Of a stretch of DNA of 53,595 nt, positions 8,832 to 19,143 are shown piece by piece (positions within the stretch are counted from its first letter, which is position 1; each line of letters begins with the position of its first letter). The stretch is from a bacterium (lineage in GTDB: Bacteria > Patescibacteriota > Minisyncoccia > UBA6257 > WO2-44-18): positions 1 through 53,595 of the forward strand of contig JAUYMR010000012.1 of the NCBI GenBank assembly GCA_030698695.1, written 5' to 3'. Below the pieces are notes generated by a model. That model was given only the letters and a program-made list of their open reading frames with translations. It searched no databases and had not been told where the DNA came from. The translations under genes were made by a program, and so were the position numbers.

Positions 8832-11003
8832 ATGTATCTTAAACGTCTAGAACTCATAGGTTTTAAATCGTTTGCCTCAAAAACCGTTTTGGATTTTCCC
8901 GGGGGTATTACGGCCGTGGTTGGTCCCAATGGTTCCGGCAAGACAAATGTAGTGGATTCTATCCGTTGGCTTCTCGGAGAGCGTGAGGCTAAAAATATTA
9001 GAGGCGCTAAAGTTGAAGATCTTATTTTTGCCGGCACTCCGCAACGTTCCAGGGTCGGCATGGCTCAAGCTACAATCATCTTTGACAATAGTAGTCGTTT
9101 TTTCCCAGTTGATTATGCCGAAGTGGCCATTAGTCGTCGCGTTACCAGAGATGGGACATCGGAATATTATTTAAACGAAGGTCAAGTTCGTTTAAAAGAT
9201 ATTATAGATTTTTTTGCGAAATCGCGTCTTGGTACTAGGGGGTTTTCTATCATCGGTCAGGGCAATAGCGATATTTTTGTCAGAGCCACGGCCAAAGAGA
9301 GGCGAGCTATGTTGGAGGAAATTTTAGGATTAAGACAATTTCAACTGCGCAAACATGAGGCAGAGCGCAAATTGGAAAATACCAGAATCAACTTGGATAA
9401 GGTGCGGGTTATGGTTGAGGAATTGGCGCCTCATTTGAGATTATTACGTCGCCAAACAGCCAAATGGGAAAAACAAGAAGAATTGCAAAAAGAGATGAGT
9501 GAGCTGGAAAATGCTTACTTTAGTTTTAGGTTGAGCCAGATAAATCAGGACAATAAAGAGTTTGAGCCTCAAGTGCGTGAGTTAGATAGAAAAATTAATG
9601 AACTGTTCAAAGAATTAAAAAATCTTCAAGCAAATCTAAAAAAAGTAGAAGAAGAGCAGCCCAAAAATGAAAATAATTTAGAGCTACAAAGTAAGCAGAA
9701 CGATATTTTAACGAAGCGCGCCAATTTACAAAAAGAACTGGGTCGTCTTGAGGCCGAGGTGGAGTTTCTATTAACTAAAGCCAATGATCAAACTAAAGAA
9801 GATGATCTGTTGTTGCTTATCACCGAGACCAAGAAAACTATTACCGATGTTCTTAATGATGATGATATTATAAATTTGAAAAAATCTCTCAGAGGATTAG
9901 TGGAGAAAATTGATGATTTATTGGGTTTTGGATCAAGAATTGTAGAATCTCGCAAAAAAGATTTGGAAGAGTCAAAGATAAACATTGTTAAGGAGTTGGA
10001 ATCGTTAGATGAACAATTAAAGACATTGCGATATGAGGGCGAGTCATTCGCCGCCAGATTAAGTGATTTTAATCAAGTTTTTAAAAAAGCATTTAGTTTG
10101 GTGGAAGAGAAAAAAATAGCCATAGCCGAACTGAATAATCAGAAAAATCAATTGCTTTTTGGTCAGGAAAGAATAAATATCCGCCGCCAAGAAGTGGAGA
10201 ATCAAATTGCTCAGACTGGAAGAAAGTTGGAAGAATTTAATATGACTCCGCCGGATGAGTTGGATATACCAGCGACGGAGCGCAGAATTTTTAAGTTGCG
10301 AGCAGAGCTGGCCGGTATTGGCGAGATTGACGAATCTTTAATTAAAGAAGCCCAAGAAACTGAAAACCGCCATAATTTTCTAGTTGTTCAATCTCAGGAT
10401 TTAGAGAAGGCGTCATCGGATTTACATAAATTAATTAGGGAATTAGATGATAAAATCCATAATGAATTTACCAACTCCCTCAAGGCCATAAATGATGAAT
10501 TCAACAAATATTTTAGACTTATGTTCGGTGGCGGCAAAGCTCGTATGCATTTGCAAAAGCTAGAGGCTGAGCGTGAGATGTTGGAAGGTGGTGAAGTGGG
10601 ATTGGAAAACGGCCAAGCCGATGAAGATGCCGATCATAAAGTTGACCATGGTGGCATAGATATAGAATTAGCCATTCCGCAAAAACGTATAAGCGGTTTG
10701 GATATGCTTTCTGGCGGAGAAAAAAGTCTAGTTTCCATAGCGGCGTTGTTCGCCTTGATTTCAGTCAGTCCGCCACCATTCTTGGTGTTAGACGAAGTAG
10801 ACGCCGCTTTAGATGAGCGCAATACTAAAAGATTCGCGACTCTTATTAAAGATTTTTCCAAAAAAACCCAATTTTTGTTAGTAACTCATAATCGCGCCAC
10901 TATGGAGGCGGCGGATATATTGTATGGAGTGACGATGGGGGAAGATGGGACGTCCCGCGTTTTGTCCCTTAAATTGGAAGAACGAGCCATGTCAGAAAAG
11001 TAA
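8832..11003 (+). CDS. smc: SMC-family ATPase (short, hinge-less)
   Basis: GFKSF, GPNGSGKTN, LSGGEKSL, LDEVDAALD, VTHN; coiled coil between the head halves. Confidence 0.9.
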   Translation: MYLKRLELIGFKSFASKTVLDFPGGITAVVGPNGSGKTNVVDSIRWLLGEREAKNIRGAKVEDLIFAGTPQRSRVGMAQATIIFDNSSRFFPVDYAEVAISRRVTRDGTSEYYLNEGQVRLKDIIDFFAKSRLGTRGFSIIGQGNSDIFVRATAKERRAMLEEILGLRQFQLRKHEAERKLENTRINLDKVRVMVEELAPHLRLLRRQTAKWEKQEELQKEMSELENAYFSFRLSQINQDNKEFEPQVRELDRKINELFKELKNLQANLKKVEEEQPKNENNLELQSKQNDILTKRANLQKELGRLEAEVEFLLTKANDQTKEDDLLLLITETKKTITDVLNDDDIINLKKSLRGLVEKIDDLLGFGSRIVESRKKDLEESKINIVKELESLDEQLKTLRYEGESFAARLSDFNQVFKKAFSLVEEKKIAIAELNNQKNQLLFGQERINIRRQEVENQIAQTGRKLEEFNMTPPDELDIPATERRIFKLRAELAGIGEIDESLIKEAQETENRHNFLVVQSQDLEKASSDLHKLIRELDDKIHNEFTNSLKAINDEFNKYFRLMFGGGKARMHLQKLEAEREMLEGGEVGLENGQADEDADHKVDHGGIDIELAIPQKRISGLDMLSGGEKSLVSIAALFALISVSPPPFLVLDEVDAALDERNTKRFATLIKDFSKKTQFLLVTHNRATMEAADILYGVTMGEDGTSRVLSLKLEERAMSEK

Positions 11004-11053
11004 TTATAATAAAACCCCTTAATAACGTGAAGAATATTTGCTATACTTTAATT

Positions 11054-13981
11054 ATGAAAAAGATATTTGTTATAGCGAGTGCATTGTTATTGAGTGGGGC
11101 TTCTTTCGCGGTCATGGCTCAGACGGCTGGCGAGAGTCAGACTGCCGATCCGATAAGTTTTATCAATGGCTCGGTGGATAATTTGCCATCGGTTATTTCA
11201 TCCGACGGGGTAGAAAGTTGTTTTGATAGCTACCCCTATGGGCAAGTTTCTTTTATTGATTCCAGAACTGACAAAGGATATTATCAGCCGGGAGATGCCG
11301 TTATCGCCACCGGCGTTCTCAGCAATCGTTCATCGGTGCCAGTTTCTGACGCGGCTATTTTTACACAGCTTTATTATGTTGTTAAAAATCTAGATGGCAG
11401 CATCACATCCCATTTAATTGATGCCACTAAAGCTTTTGATAATATTTTTGTGGGAGCTAACGATCAAAGTCAATTTTTGTATGAATATTCATTGCCAGAA
11501 TGGTTGCCAGCTGGAATTTACAGATTAGCGTCGTTTTTAGTGGTGAGCGAGCAGTATAATCTCGCCGGACTATCTTTTGCTCCGGATATTTATGGAGATC
11601 TGCAATCGTTTAAAATACAATCAGAACAATCTTTTGATTTGCCATATTTTGATATAAACAAATCAATTGTCGGCGGCAAGCTATATTCTCGCGACTTGCC
11701 ATCTTTGGCCGTTGAGGAATCGCCGGTGCTTGTACAGATGCCCTTATTGAATCCTGGCACCAACGCCAAGACCGTGGAGGTAATCAAAAAACTTTATCAT
11801 TGGGACGATATAGCTACGAAAAATTTTATCAGTGAAGAAAAGCAAGTTCTTAATCTGGATGCTGGCGGACAAAAGCTTATTCCTTTTACTACTCAACAGT
11901 TGGATGGCGGTACTTATATGGTTACTTTTACCGCTATAGACGTAGATGGTGGCCAAACTATTAGCAGAGTGCGCTTCAGCATACCCGGTAATAGAGTCCG
12001 TTTGATCTATTCTGGTTTATCCAATATACCATCAACTAAAGATGAACAAGCGTCCATAACCACTTGTTTTGCCAACGAAACTAATTTATCAAACGAAGAT
12101 ATCGGCAATAATATTAAAGTAACGTTGTTTGATAAGAGCGGCGATAGCTTATCATCGTTTTCTAGAGAGGTGTCGGCTTTTTCCAGTGATGTGGGATCAT
12201 GGGTTGAAGATTTTCAATACGGAGGCGACAAGCAACAAGATCTAACTCTGGTTGTGCAGCTTTATCAAGGAAATAAATTATTAGATGAAGTTAGGACGTA
12301 TTATCCGGCGCCCAAAAATTATCTGATAATTATACTTGTAGGCGTAGCCATATTATTATTGGGTTTAGTTTATGTGTTATATAAGCGACGTCGTTTTAGT
12401 GGGGCCACGACCATATCTTTATTGTTATTGATCAGCGTTTCTTTGTTGCTAGGCGGCTCATCGGTTGCTCAAGCGGCTTCCGATAGCTTCACGTTTCGCG
12501 CTAGAATAGGTGGTGCCGCGCAAGCGACATTCGGCATAAATACGTCAATAGATTTATTTAGTCCAGATGGCCTTTGGTATCCGGGAAATAGTTATTTTTT
12601 GGATTATGACAGGACCGCGGAATATAACGCCATTGGCGGATCTTTTGATAGTCCGCCCATGAACTATGCCAACACAGAACTTTATTCCAGAAGAAGTTTG
12701 CAGTATTCTTTACAGCCACTTGGTAATTTTATAGAAGAAGAGACTTATAATTATTTTGTGGACGCCACCTATGGTTCATTTGAAATGTCGGGGACCCCTC
12801 AGAAATGTCTTAGAGATAATTCTGGCAATAGATATTGCATGGGTATAGCCAGACGCGTTAGTACGGGCACCTATCATCCAGTTTTGTTAACTAGAAGTTA
12901 TAATTGGGATAATGCCTATGTTCGTTTTTGGCCCAGTGTGATCGCTACTAGCCCCGACAACTTTTATTTAGATATCCGCCTATCCAAAAGTGATGAATTA
13001 ATTGCCGACAATCTAGTCAATGATGATTTGGGGGTTATCTGCAGTCCAGAAAATTTTAGATGTGAAGTATCTCCAACGGCCAGGCCGGGCAATGTGGTTA
13101 TTACTTGGCGCATGACTTTGGGTGCGGCGACTCATAATTATAAGATTATGTATTATGGTAGATCGGCAATTTCCGGCGCTCTTGGTTACTGGTATCTAGC
13201 TGATTTCGGCGCTGATATAGTTCCGCAGGAAGGTAATCTGCCTAGAGTTTTAGAAACATCTACCGTGATTACTATAGCCAACGCTAATCCCGCTCCGCCT
13301 GGCGCGCCGTTTTTACAGGGTATCAATATTGAGCCGTGGGCTCCTTGTGGCGGTTCGGTTTATCTTAGTTGGTCAGCTCCAACCAGTGGCGGCGCCATAG
13401 AAGGTTATAGGGTTTTTCGTGATGGCAGACAGATTACTACTACCGGTCAAACTAATTATTTAGATTCTGGCCTAACTTCGGATACGATATATTCGTATGT
13501 GGTTAGGGCGTATAATTCCGTTGGTAATTCCATGCCTTCCAATACCGTTACTATTTTAGCATCTGGCAATTGTGTATCGGGGCCGCCGAGTGGAGGTGGT
13601 GGTGGAGTTGGGGGTTTGGAAGCTATAAACGTTGCTCCAGAGGCCAATTGTGAGACTATTTATCTTCGTTGGCCCGCGTATAGCGCCTCTGAAGGCTATA
13701 GGATTTTCAGAGAAACCAGTCGCGCGCCGGCAACTCAGATTGGAGCCATAGGCCCCTTGCAGAATCCGGGATTTCTTGATGATACTGGGCTGAATCCGAG
13801 AACGCTCTATAGGTATTTTATTGAGGCGTTTAACTCTTTTGGAGTTACCCGATCTAATACAACTCCATACACAAGTCCGTCCGTTGATAATTGCGGGGTT
13901 CGTCCACCTGATGGTGGTAACGGCGGCGGAGGAGGAGGGGCAAGTTCTACCCAGCCAGATATACGAGAGACTAACCCTTAG
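11054..13981 (+). CDS. large surface/secreted protein with internal TM helix, second signal-like segment and two C-terminal fibronectin type III repeats
   Basis: N-terminal signal peptide; FN3 motifs LSWSAP..GYRVFRDG..YLDSGLTSDTIYSYVVRAYN and LRWPA..GYRIFR..DDTGLNPRTLYRYFIEAFN; Gly/Pro linkers. Confidence 0.75.
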   Translation: MKKIFVIASALLLSGASFAVMAQTAGESQTADPISFINGSVDNLPSVISSDGVESCFDSYPYGQVSFIDSRTDKGYYQPGDAVIATGVLSNRSSVPVSDAAIFTQLYYVVKNLDGSITSHLIDATKAFDNIFVGANDQSQFLYEYSLPEWLPAGIYRLASFLVVSEQYNLAGLSFAPDIYGDLQSFKIQSEQSFDLPYFDINKSIVGGKLYSRDLPSLAVEESPVLVQMPLLNPGTNAKTVEVIKKLYHWDDIATKNFISEEKQVLNLDAGGQKLIPFTTQQLDGGTYMVTFTAIDVDGGQTISRVRFSIPGNRVRLIYSGLSNIPSTKDEQASITTCFANETNLSNEDIGNNIKVTLFDKSGDSLSSFSREVSAFSSDVGSWVEDFQYGGDKQQDLTLVVQLYQGNKLLDEVRTYYPAPKNYLIIILVGVAILLLGLVYVLYKRRRFSGATTISLLLLISVSLLLGGSSVAQAASDSFTFRARIGGAAQATFGINTSIDLFSPDGLWYPGNSYFLDYDRTAEYNAIGGSFDSPPMNYANTELYSRRSLQYSLQPLGNFIEEETYNYFVDATYGSFEMSGTPQKCLRDNSGNRYCMGIARRVSTGTYHPVLLTRSYNWDNAYVRFWPSVIATSPDNFYLDIRLSKSDELIADNLVNDDLGVICSPENFRCEVSPTARPGNVVITWRMTLGAATHNYKIMYYGRSAISGALGYWYLADFGADIVPQEGNLPRVLETSTVITIANANPAPPGAPFLQGINIEPWAPCGGSVYLSWSAPTSGGAIEGYRVFRDGRQITTTGQTNYLDSGLTSDTIYSYVVRAYNSVGNSMPSNTVTILASGNCVSGPPSGGGGGVGGLEAINVAPEANCETIYLRWPAYSASEGYRIFRETSRAPATQIGAIGPLQNPGFLDDTGLNPRTLYRYFIEAFNSFGVTRSNTTPYTSPSVDNCGVRPPDGGNGGGGGGASSTQPDIRETNP

Positions 13982-14039
13982 TAATGGTAGTCGGCCCGCC
14001 TATTGCGGGCCGGTTATTAATTTGTTATTATAATCTGTA

Positions 14040-14396
14040 ATGTTAGCTATCAAATTTCGCCGCGTAGGCAAAAAACATCAAGCCAGTTTTCACGTAGTGG
14101 TTGATCCCAAGAGGACCAAATTATTGGGTGAGAATGTTGAGGACTTGGGTTGGTATAATCCTCATACAAAAAAACACGCGCTTAAAGCCGATCGTGTTTT
14201 ATATTGGATAAAAAATGGCGCTCAACCGACACCATCGGTCAATAATTTATTGATTAATGCTGGAATCATAGAGGGGTCTAAATTGCCAGTTCATAAAAAA
14301 TCTAAAAAATCCGAGGAAGAAAATGCCGCTCCAGCAACAGAAATGATTTCTAGATCTGTTTCGGCAGAGCCGGCTGCAGAGGAGAAACCAGTTTAA
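14040..14396 (+). CDS. rpsP: 30S ribosomal protein S16
   Basis: MLAIKFRRVGKK, EDLGWYNP, GAQPT. Confidence 0.97.
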   Translation: MLAIKFRRVGKKHQASFHVVVDPKRTKLLGENVEDLGWYNPHTKKHALKADRVLYWIKNGAQPTPSVNNLLINAGIIEGSKLPVHKKSKKSEEENAAPATEMISRSVSAEPAAEEKPV

Positions 14397-14524
14397 TAAT
14401 AGTAGTTGCGTGATTTTTTGAAATAAAATAGTTTGCACTGGATATAGTAGATATTGACAAAATCATTGTTATTTGATACAATAAAGACAATAAAAAAGGT
14501 CGTTAGAAATGAAAGAAAGAATAT

Positions 14525-14812
14525 ATGGCAAAAGCAACTGATCAGGAGTTTCTAGAATATCTTGTTAAGTCTATAGTTGATCATCCAGACGATGTTAAGG
14601 TTGATCGTAAAGTAGATGAGATGGGGGTATTGCTATCTTTGCAAGTCAACCCTCAAGATATGGGTCAGGTAGTTGGTCGCCAAGGCGCTACCGCTAAATC
14701 CATTCGCTCTCTTTTAAGAATAGTTGGCATTAAAAACAATGCTCGCGTTAATCTTAAAATAGAAGAGCCGGAAGGTTCCACCAGAGTTCCTCGCGTTGAA
14801 AATCGCGAATAG
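14525..14812 (+). CDS. khpA: KH-domain RNA-binding protein KhpA
   Basis: LVKSIVDHPDDV, DMGQVVGRQG; follows rpsP. Confidence 0.93.
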   Translation: MAKATDQEFLEYLVKSIVDHPDDVKVDRKVDEMGVLLSLQVNPQDMGQVVGRQGATAKSIRSLLRIVGIKNNARVNLKIEEPEGSTRVPRVENRE

Positions 14813-14831
14813 TAACAACTCTTGAGGACTC

Positions 14832-14868
14832 AATACCAAAATCCCCGCTTAGCGGGGATTTTGGTATT
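14832..14868. terminator. long hairpin/terminator after khpA
   Basis: AATACCAAAATCCCCGC-TTA-GCGGGGATTTTGGTATT, 17-bp perfect stem. Confidence 0.8.
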
Positions 14869-14890
14869 TAAGGTCTTGCGATGGCCTTAG
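14869..14890 (+). repeat. REP-like palindrome upstream of RAYT
   Basis: TAAGGTCTTGCGATGGCCTTAG, one mismatch to the other copies. Confidence 0.85.
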
Positions 14891-14910
14891 GTGGAATGTT
14901 AGATTAAAAT

Positions 14911-15606
14911 ATGGCGAAAAAGGTAGTCGGGCAAATATATCATGTATTGAATAGAGGAGTAGATAAAAGGGATATATTCCTTGATGATGAGGACCGCTTT
15001 CGGTTTGTTCACGATCTATTTGAGTTCAATGACGTGGCGCCCATAAATAATGTTAAATATTATTTCAACCAAACTTCTAAGGCCATCGCAAGGCCTTATA
15101 TCAATGTCGAGAGGAGGCCGCGAAAATTATTGGTAGAGATCTTGGCATTTTGCATGATGACTAATCATTATCATTTATTATTGCGTCCACTTTCAGACAA
15201 CGGTATTACTCATTTCATGAAGCGTCTTAACATGGGGTATGCTCATTATTTTAATTTAAAATATCAACGTAGTGGTGCGCTATTCCAAGGAAGATATAAA
15301 TCCGTACACGTTGTTAATGATGCCCATTTCATTCATCTGCCTTATTATATTCATTTAAATCCCCTTGATCTTTATATGCCCAGATGGCGAGAAAGAGAGA
15401 TTTCTAATTATCAACAAGCTTTGAAATTTTTAAAAAAATATCGTTGGAGTAGTCATTTGGACTATATGGGTATTAAAAATTTACCATCAGTAACCCAAAG
15501 AGGCTTTTTGTTAAAATTTTGGGATAATAGCCAATATGAGAATGGTTTGATAGAATGGTTGAAATCAATAGAGCTTCAAGATATGAACCCGATGCTTTTA
15601 GAATAA
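14911..15606 (+). mobile_element. REP-associated tyrosine transposase (RAYT, IS200/IS605-like Y1 HUH)
   Basis: YHVLNRGVDKRDIF, HUH motif MTNHYHLL, GALFQGRYKS, YIHLNP, YRWSSH; flanked by REP-like palindromes. Confidence 0.92.
15077..15098 (-). repeat. REP-like palindrome inside the RAYT coding sequence
   Basis: Reverse complement is TAAGGCCTTGCGATGGCCTTAG, identical to the copy at 34126. Confidence 0.85.
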
Positions 15607-15608
15607 TT

Positions 15609-15630
15609 TAAGGCCTTGCGATGGCCTTAA
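15609..15630 (+). repeat. REP-like palindrome downstream of RAYT
   Basis: TAAGGCCTTGCGATGGCCTTAA. Confidence 0.85.
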
Positions 15631-15641
15631 ATTAGACAACT

Positions 15642-16295
15642 ATGAAGTTTGATATAATTACAATTTTTCCGAAGATATTTGATTCCTATTTTAAAGAATC
15701 TATTTTAAAGCGTGCCCAAGAAAATCGGCTTATTAAAATTATTACTCATAATTTACGTGACTATACAACTGACAAACATCGCAAAGTTGACGATAGGCCT
15801 TATGGCGGCGGTCCGGGGATGGTGCTGCAGGTGGAGCCGATTTGCAGGGCAGTATCAAGCATCAAGCACAAAGCGTCAAGAAAAAAATCTATTAAAATTA
15901 GAGTGATTTTATTTTCTACTCGCGGCAAAAAATTTGATTCTAAAACAGCCAAGAGACTATCTAAATATGACCAATTAATATTAATATGTGGGCGTTATGA
16001 GGGCGTGGATGAGCGCGTGGCTAAATATATTGCCGATGAAGAAATATCCATAGGGGATTATGTATTATCTGGCGGAGAATTGCCGGCCATGATTTTAGTG
16101 GATGCGGTTTCGCGACAGATACCGGGTGTTTTGGGAAAATATGAATCCTTAGAAGAAATAAAGGGAAGCTATCCTGTCTATACTAGGCCGGAGATATTTA
16201 AATTCAAGAAAAGATCAGAAACGAAAACAGTCAAAGTCCCCAAGGTTCTTTTATCCGGTTCTCACAAAGAAATTGACAAATGGCGTAGTGGATAA
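15642..16295 (+). CDS. trmD: tRNA (guanine37-N1)-methyltransferase
   Basis: [39 protein letters not shown]. Confidence 0.98.
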   Translation: MKFDIITIFPKIFDSYFKESILKRAQENRLIKIITHNLRDYTTDKHRKVDDRPYGGGPGMVLQVEPICRAVSSIKHKASRKKSIKIRVILFSTRGKKFDSKTAKRLSKYDQLILICGRYEGVDERVAKYIADEEISIGDYVLSGGELPAMILVDAVSRQIPGVLGKYESLEEIKGSYPVYTRPEIFKFKKRSETKTVKVPKVLLSGSHKEIDKWRSG

Positions 16296-16331
16296 TAGCC
16301 TTTGGGTAGTCCATTTACAAAGGAGATCGGC

Positions 16332-16649
16332 ATGTTCGGAGTCACTATGTCTCTGGCGGTTGTTATGGTGAGCGTGCTTTTACTTGCTTTCCTTTTTATA
16401 CCAGGGGCATCTAAAGAAATGCAAATGCCGCGAGAAACGTTGTTAATGAGTGGACTGATTTTTGTAAGTGCGGGTATTATTTTGGGCGCAGTCTGTGCTT
16501 TGGTGGATTTCGATTTAGACCATTTGACGTGGCTTATTGCTATGGCGATGACGAGTTCTACGTGCATGACGTTCGGCGTTGTTGTGATTTGTGCTTGGTG
16601 GGTTAGGCGAGTAGTAGAGCGGGCCGAGATCAAGAAGGATGGTGAATAA
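16332..16649 (+). CDS. small membrane protein (about 3 TM), unknown function
   Basis: SD AAGGAG before ATG 16332; hydrophobic segments; terminator ACTCCCAT...ATGGGAGT at about 16663-16688. Confidence 0.6.
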   Translation: MFGVTMSLAVVMVSVLLLAFLFIPGASKEMQMPRETLLMSGLIFVSAGIILGAVCALVDFDLDHLTWLIAMAMTSSTCMTFGVVVICAWWVRRVVERAEIKKDGE

Positions 16650-16767
16650 TAAATAAATTCATACTCCCATATTGAAATGGGAGTTTTTAATACATCAATT
16701 ATTATATTTTTGTTATGCTTATTGTATAGATTAACTTAAAAGGTCGCTTAATAGTACTTGGTGTATT

Positions 16768-16974
16768 ATGCTTAAAAATTGGAATCATGATTTGGTCCAT
16801 CAATTATCGGAAACTTCTGATGGTTTATGGCGTATTGAAGATTATATAAAAAATTCTCAGGGTTGCGATCATTGTATAAAAATGTGGAATGAAGTCAAAG
16901 ATAATTTGGAAAAAATATCTGAATCTCTTGTTGAGGAGATTGGACGACATTATCAGGAAAATAGATTTGAATAG
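16768..16974 (+). CDS. small helical hypothetical protein (ferritin-like half-bundle?)
   Basis: HDLVHQLSE..LWRIEDY...CDHC; clean ORF with upstream AAGGTCG. Confidence 0.65.
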   Translation: MLKNWNHDLVHQLSETSDGLWRIEDYIKNSQGCDHCIKMWNEVKDNLEKISESLVEEIGRHYQENRFE

Positions 16975-17043
16975 GGCGGGCTTAAAACCCCTATTTTATA
17001 ATGGAGATTTTATAATCACGACCTAGCTGTTATAATTATTATT

Positions 17044-18393
17044 ATGAAATTAACTTTTAATGGTGGCGCTAAGGTTGTCACGGGCGCAAATTATTTATTG
17101 GAATCGGGAGATTGCAAAATTTTGATTGATTGCGGTTTGCATCAAGGCGGAAGTTTTTGCGAAAAACATAACTTTGAGCCATTTGTCTACAACCCCAAAG
17201 AAATTAGAGCTGTTTTTGTAACTCATGCCCATATTGATCACACCGGATTGTTGCCCAAGCTAATTAAAGAGGGGTTTAAAGGGAAAATTTATTCTACGGC
17301 GCCCACCAAAGATTTTGCCGAGCTTTTATTGATAGATTCGGAACACATTTTAGTAGAGGAAGCGCAGCGTCTTAAAAAGCCAGTTATTTATACGACTCGT
17401 GATATTGAAGATTTGATGACTAGATGGGAAGGAATCAATTATCACGAAACTGTGACTGTGGGACCGTTTAAAATTACTTTGTATAATGCGGGTCATATTT
17501 TGGGATCCAGTTTTATTGAAATAGTTGTTGAGAATAAAAAGATTATTTTTTCAGGCGATCTTGGCAATTCCCCGGCTCCGATCATTGGAGCTAGAGAGAA
17601 TCCCCCCGAAGATGTAGATTATTGCCTGATGGAGTCCACGTATGGCGGTCGCGTTCATGAAGCCATGGACAAACGTAAGGGTGTACTGGAAGATGTTATT
17701 GAGGACACTATTAATGCCGGCGGCAATTTAATGATCCCAGCTTTTGCCATGGAACGCACTCAAGATTTCCTGTTTGAATTAAATGATTTAGTTGAGCATG
17801 GCCGCATTCCCAAAGCGCCGATATTTTTAGATAGTCCTTTGGCTATAAAATTAACAGCGGTTTATAAAAAATATCATGATTATTTTAATGAGACAGCTAA
17901 AAAGCTTATCAAATCCGGCGATGCTATTTTTAATTTTCCCGGATTGAAAATGACGTTAACTACGCAGGAATCAAAATCTATAAATGAGGTTAAGCCCCCC
18001 AAGATAATAATTGCCGGTTCGGGTATGTCTACGGCCGGCCGCATTCTTCATCACGAAAGACGTTATTTGCCAGATCCCAAAAGCACGTTGTTGATTATCG
18101 GCTATCAATCTTATGGCTCTTTGGGTAGAAAGATTTTAGACGGCGACAAGAAAGTTAAAATTTTAGGCGAAGAAGTTGTCGTAAGAGCTAAAATAGCTAG
18201 CGTTACTGGTTATTCGGCCCATGCCGATCAGCCACAATTATTAGAATGGTTGAGGCCTATGCGCCAATCATTGAAAAAGATATTTTTAATCCAGGGAGAA
18301 GAATCGCAAATGGAGGCGTTGGCTTTGAAAGTTAAAGATCAATACGCTATTAATATTGAAGCGCCCGAGCCGGCATATTCAGTTGACCTTTGA
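17044..18393 (+). CDS. MBL-fold beta-CASP ribonuclease (YSH1-like)
   Basis: DCGLHQG, THAHIDH, AGHILGS, SGDLG, ESTYG, YSAHAD. Confidence 0.93.
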   Translation: MKLTFNGGAKVVTGANYLLESGDCKILIDCGLHQGGSFCEKHNFEPFVYNPKEIRAVFVTHAHIDHTGLLPKLIKEGFKGKIYSTAPTKDFAELLLIDSEHILVEEAQRLKKPVIYTTRDIEDLMTRWEGINYHETVTVGPFKITLYNAGHILGSSFIEIVVENKKIIFSGDLGNSPAPIIGARENPPEDVDYCLMESTYGGRVHEAMDKRKGVLEDVIEDTINAGGNLMIPAFAMERTQDFLFELNDLVEHGRIPKAPIFLDSPLAIKLTAVYKKYHDYFNETAKKLIKSGDAIFNFPGLKMTLTTQESKSINEVKPPKIIIAGSGMSTAGRILHHERRYLPDPKSTLLIIGYQSYGSLGRKILDGDKKVKILGEEVVVRAKIASVTGYSAHADQPQLLEWLRPMRQSLKKIFLIQGEESQMEALALKVKDQYAINIEAPEPAYSVDL

Positions 18394-18413
18394 TTTGATA
18401 TAATAAATAAATC

Positions 18414-19142
18414 ATGAAACAAAAAGAAAAAATATTTAAAACAGACGGTCGCATGAATGTACCAGCCAAAGATTTGCCGTTTATACCACATCATCATGGT
18501 GATTGGCGAAATTCTTTTCATTGGCGGATATTTCGTATTATGGCCGAGTTTGTGGATGGCTTTCAATTTTTAGCTGATTTTAAGAAGACGGTTACTTTTT
18601 TTGGATCTGCCAGATTCCCTCAAAATAATCAATGGTATAAAGAAGCTCAAAAATTGGGTTATATGTTATCTAAATCCGGATACGCCATTATTACTGGCGG
18701 GGGACCGGGCATCATGGAAGCCGGTAATCGTGGCGCTGTTGGGGCCAAGGGCGACTCCATTGGTTTAAATATACAGTTGCCGTACGAACAAAGAGTTAAT
18801 CCCTTTGTAAAAAAAGCTATCGGTTTTCACTATTTCTTTACTAGGAAAGTTATGCTTTCTTATTCGGCGCAGGCGTATGTCTTTTTCCCTGGCGGGTTTG
18901 GCACTTTAGATGAAGCTTTTGAGATACTGACGCTTATACAGACACATAAGATTTATGATAAAATTCCGGTTATATTGGTAGGAAAGAATTTTTGGGGTCA
19001 CATAGACCAATGGTTTAGAGAACAATTAGTCAAAGAATATAAAACTATTGATCCCGATGATGTTGAGTTGTATAAAATAGTTAATACCGCCCAGGAGGCA
19101 TTTGATATTATCAAAAAATCAAAGCCAAGACAAGAATTTTAA
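18414..19142 (+). CDS. LOG-family nucleotide monophosphate nucleosidase (TIGR00730-like)
   Basis: FFGSAR, TGGGPGIMEA, PGGFGTLDE. Confidence 0.92.
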   Translation: MKQKEKIFKTDGRMNVPAKDLPFIPHHHGDWRNSFHWRIFRIMAEFVDGFQFLADFKKTVTFFGSARFPQNNQWYKEAQKLGYMLSKSGYAIITGGGPGIMEAGNRGAVGAKGDSIGLNIQLPYEQRVNPFVKKAIGFHYFFTRKVMLSYSAQAYVFFPGGFGTLDEAFEILTLIQTHKIYDKIPVILVGKNFWGHIDQWFREQLVKEYKTIDPDDVELYKIVNTAQEAFDIIKKSKPRQEF

Positions 19143-19143
19143 A

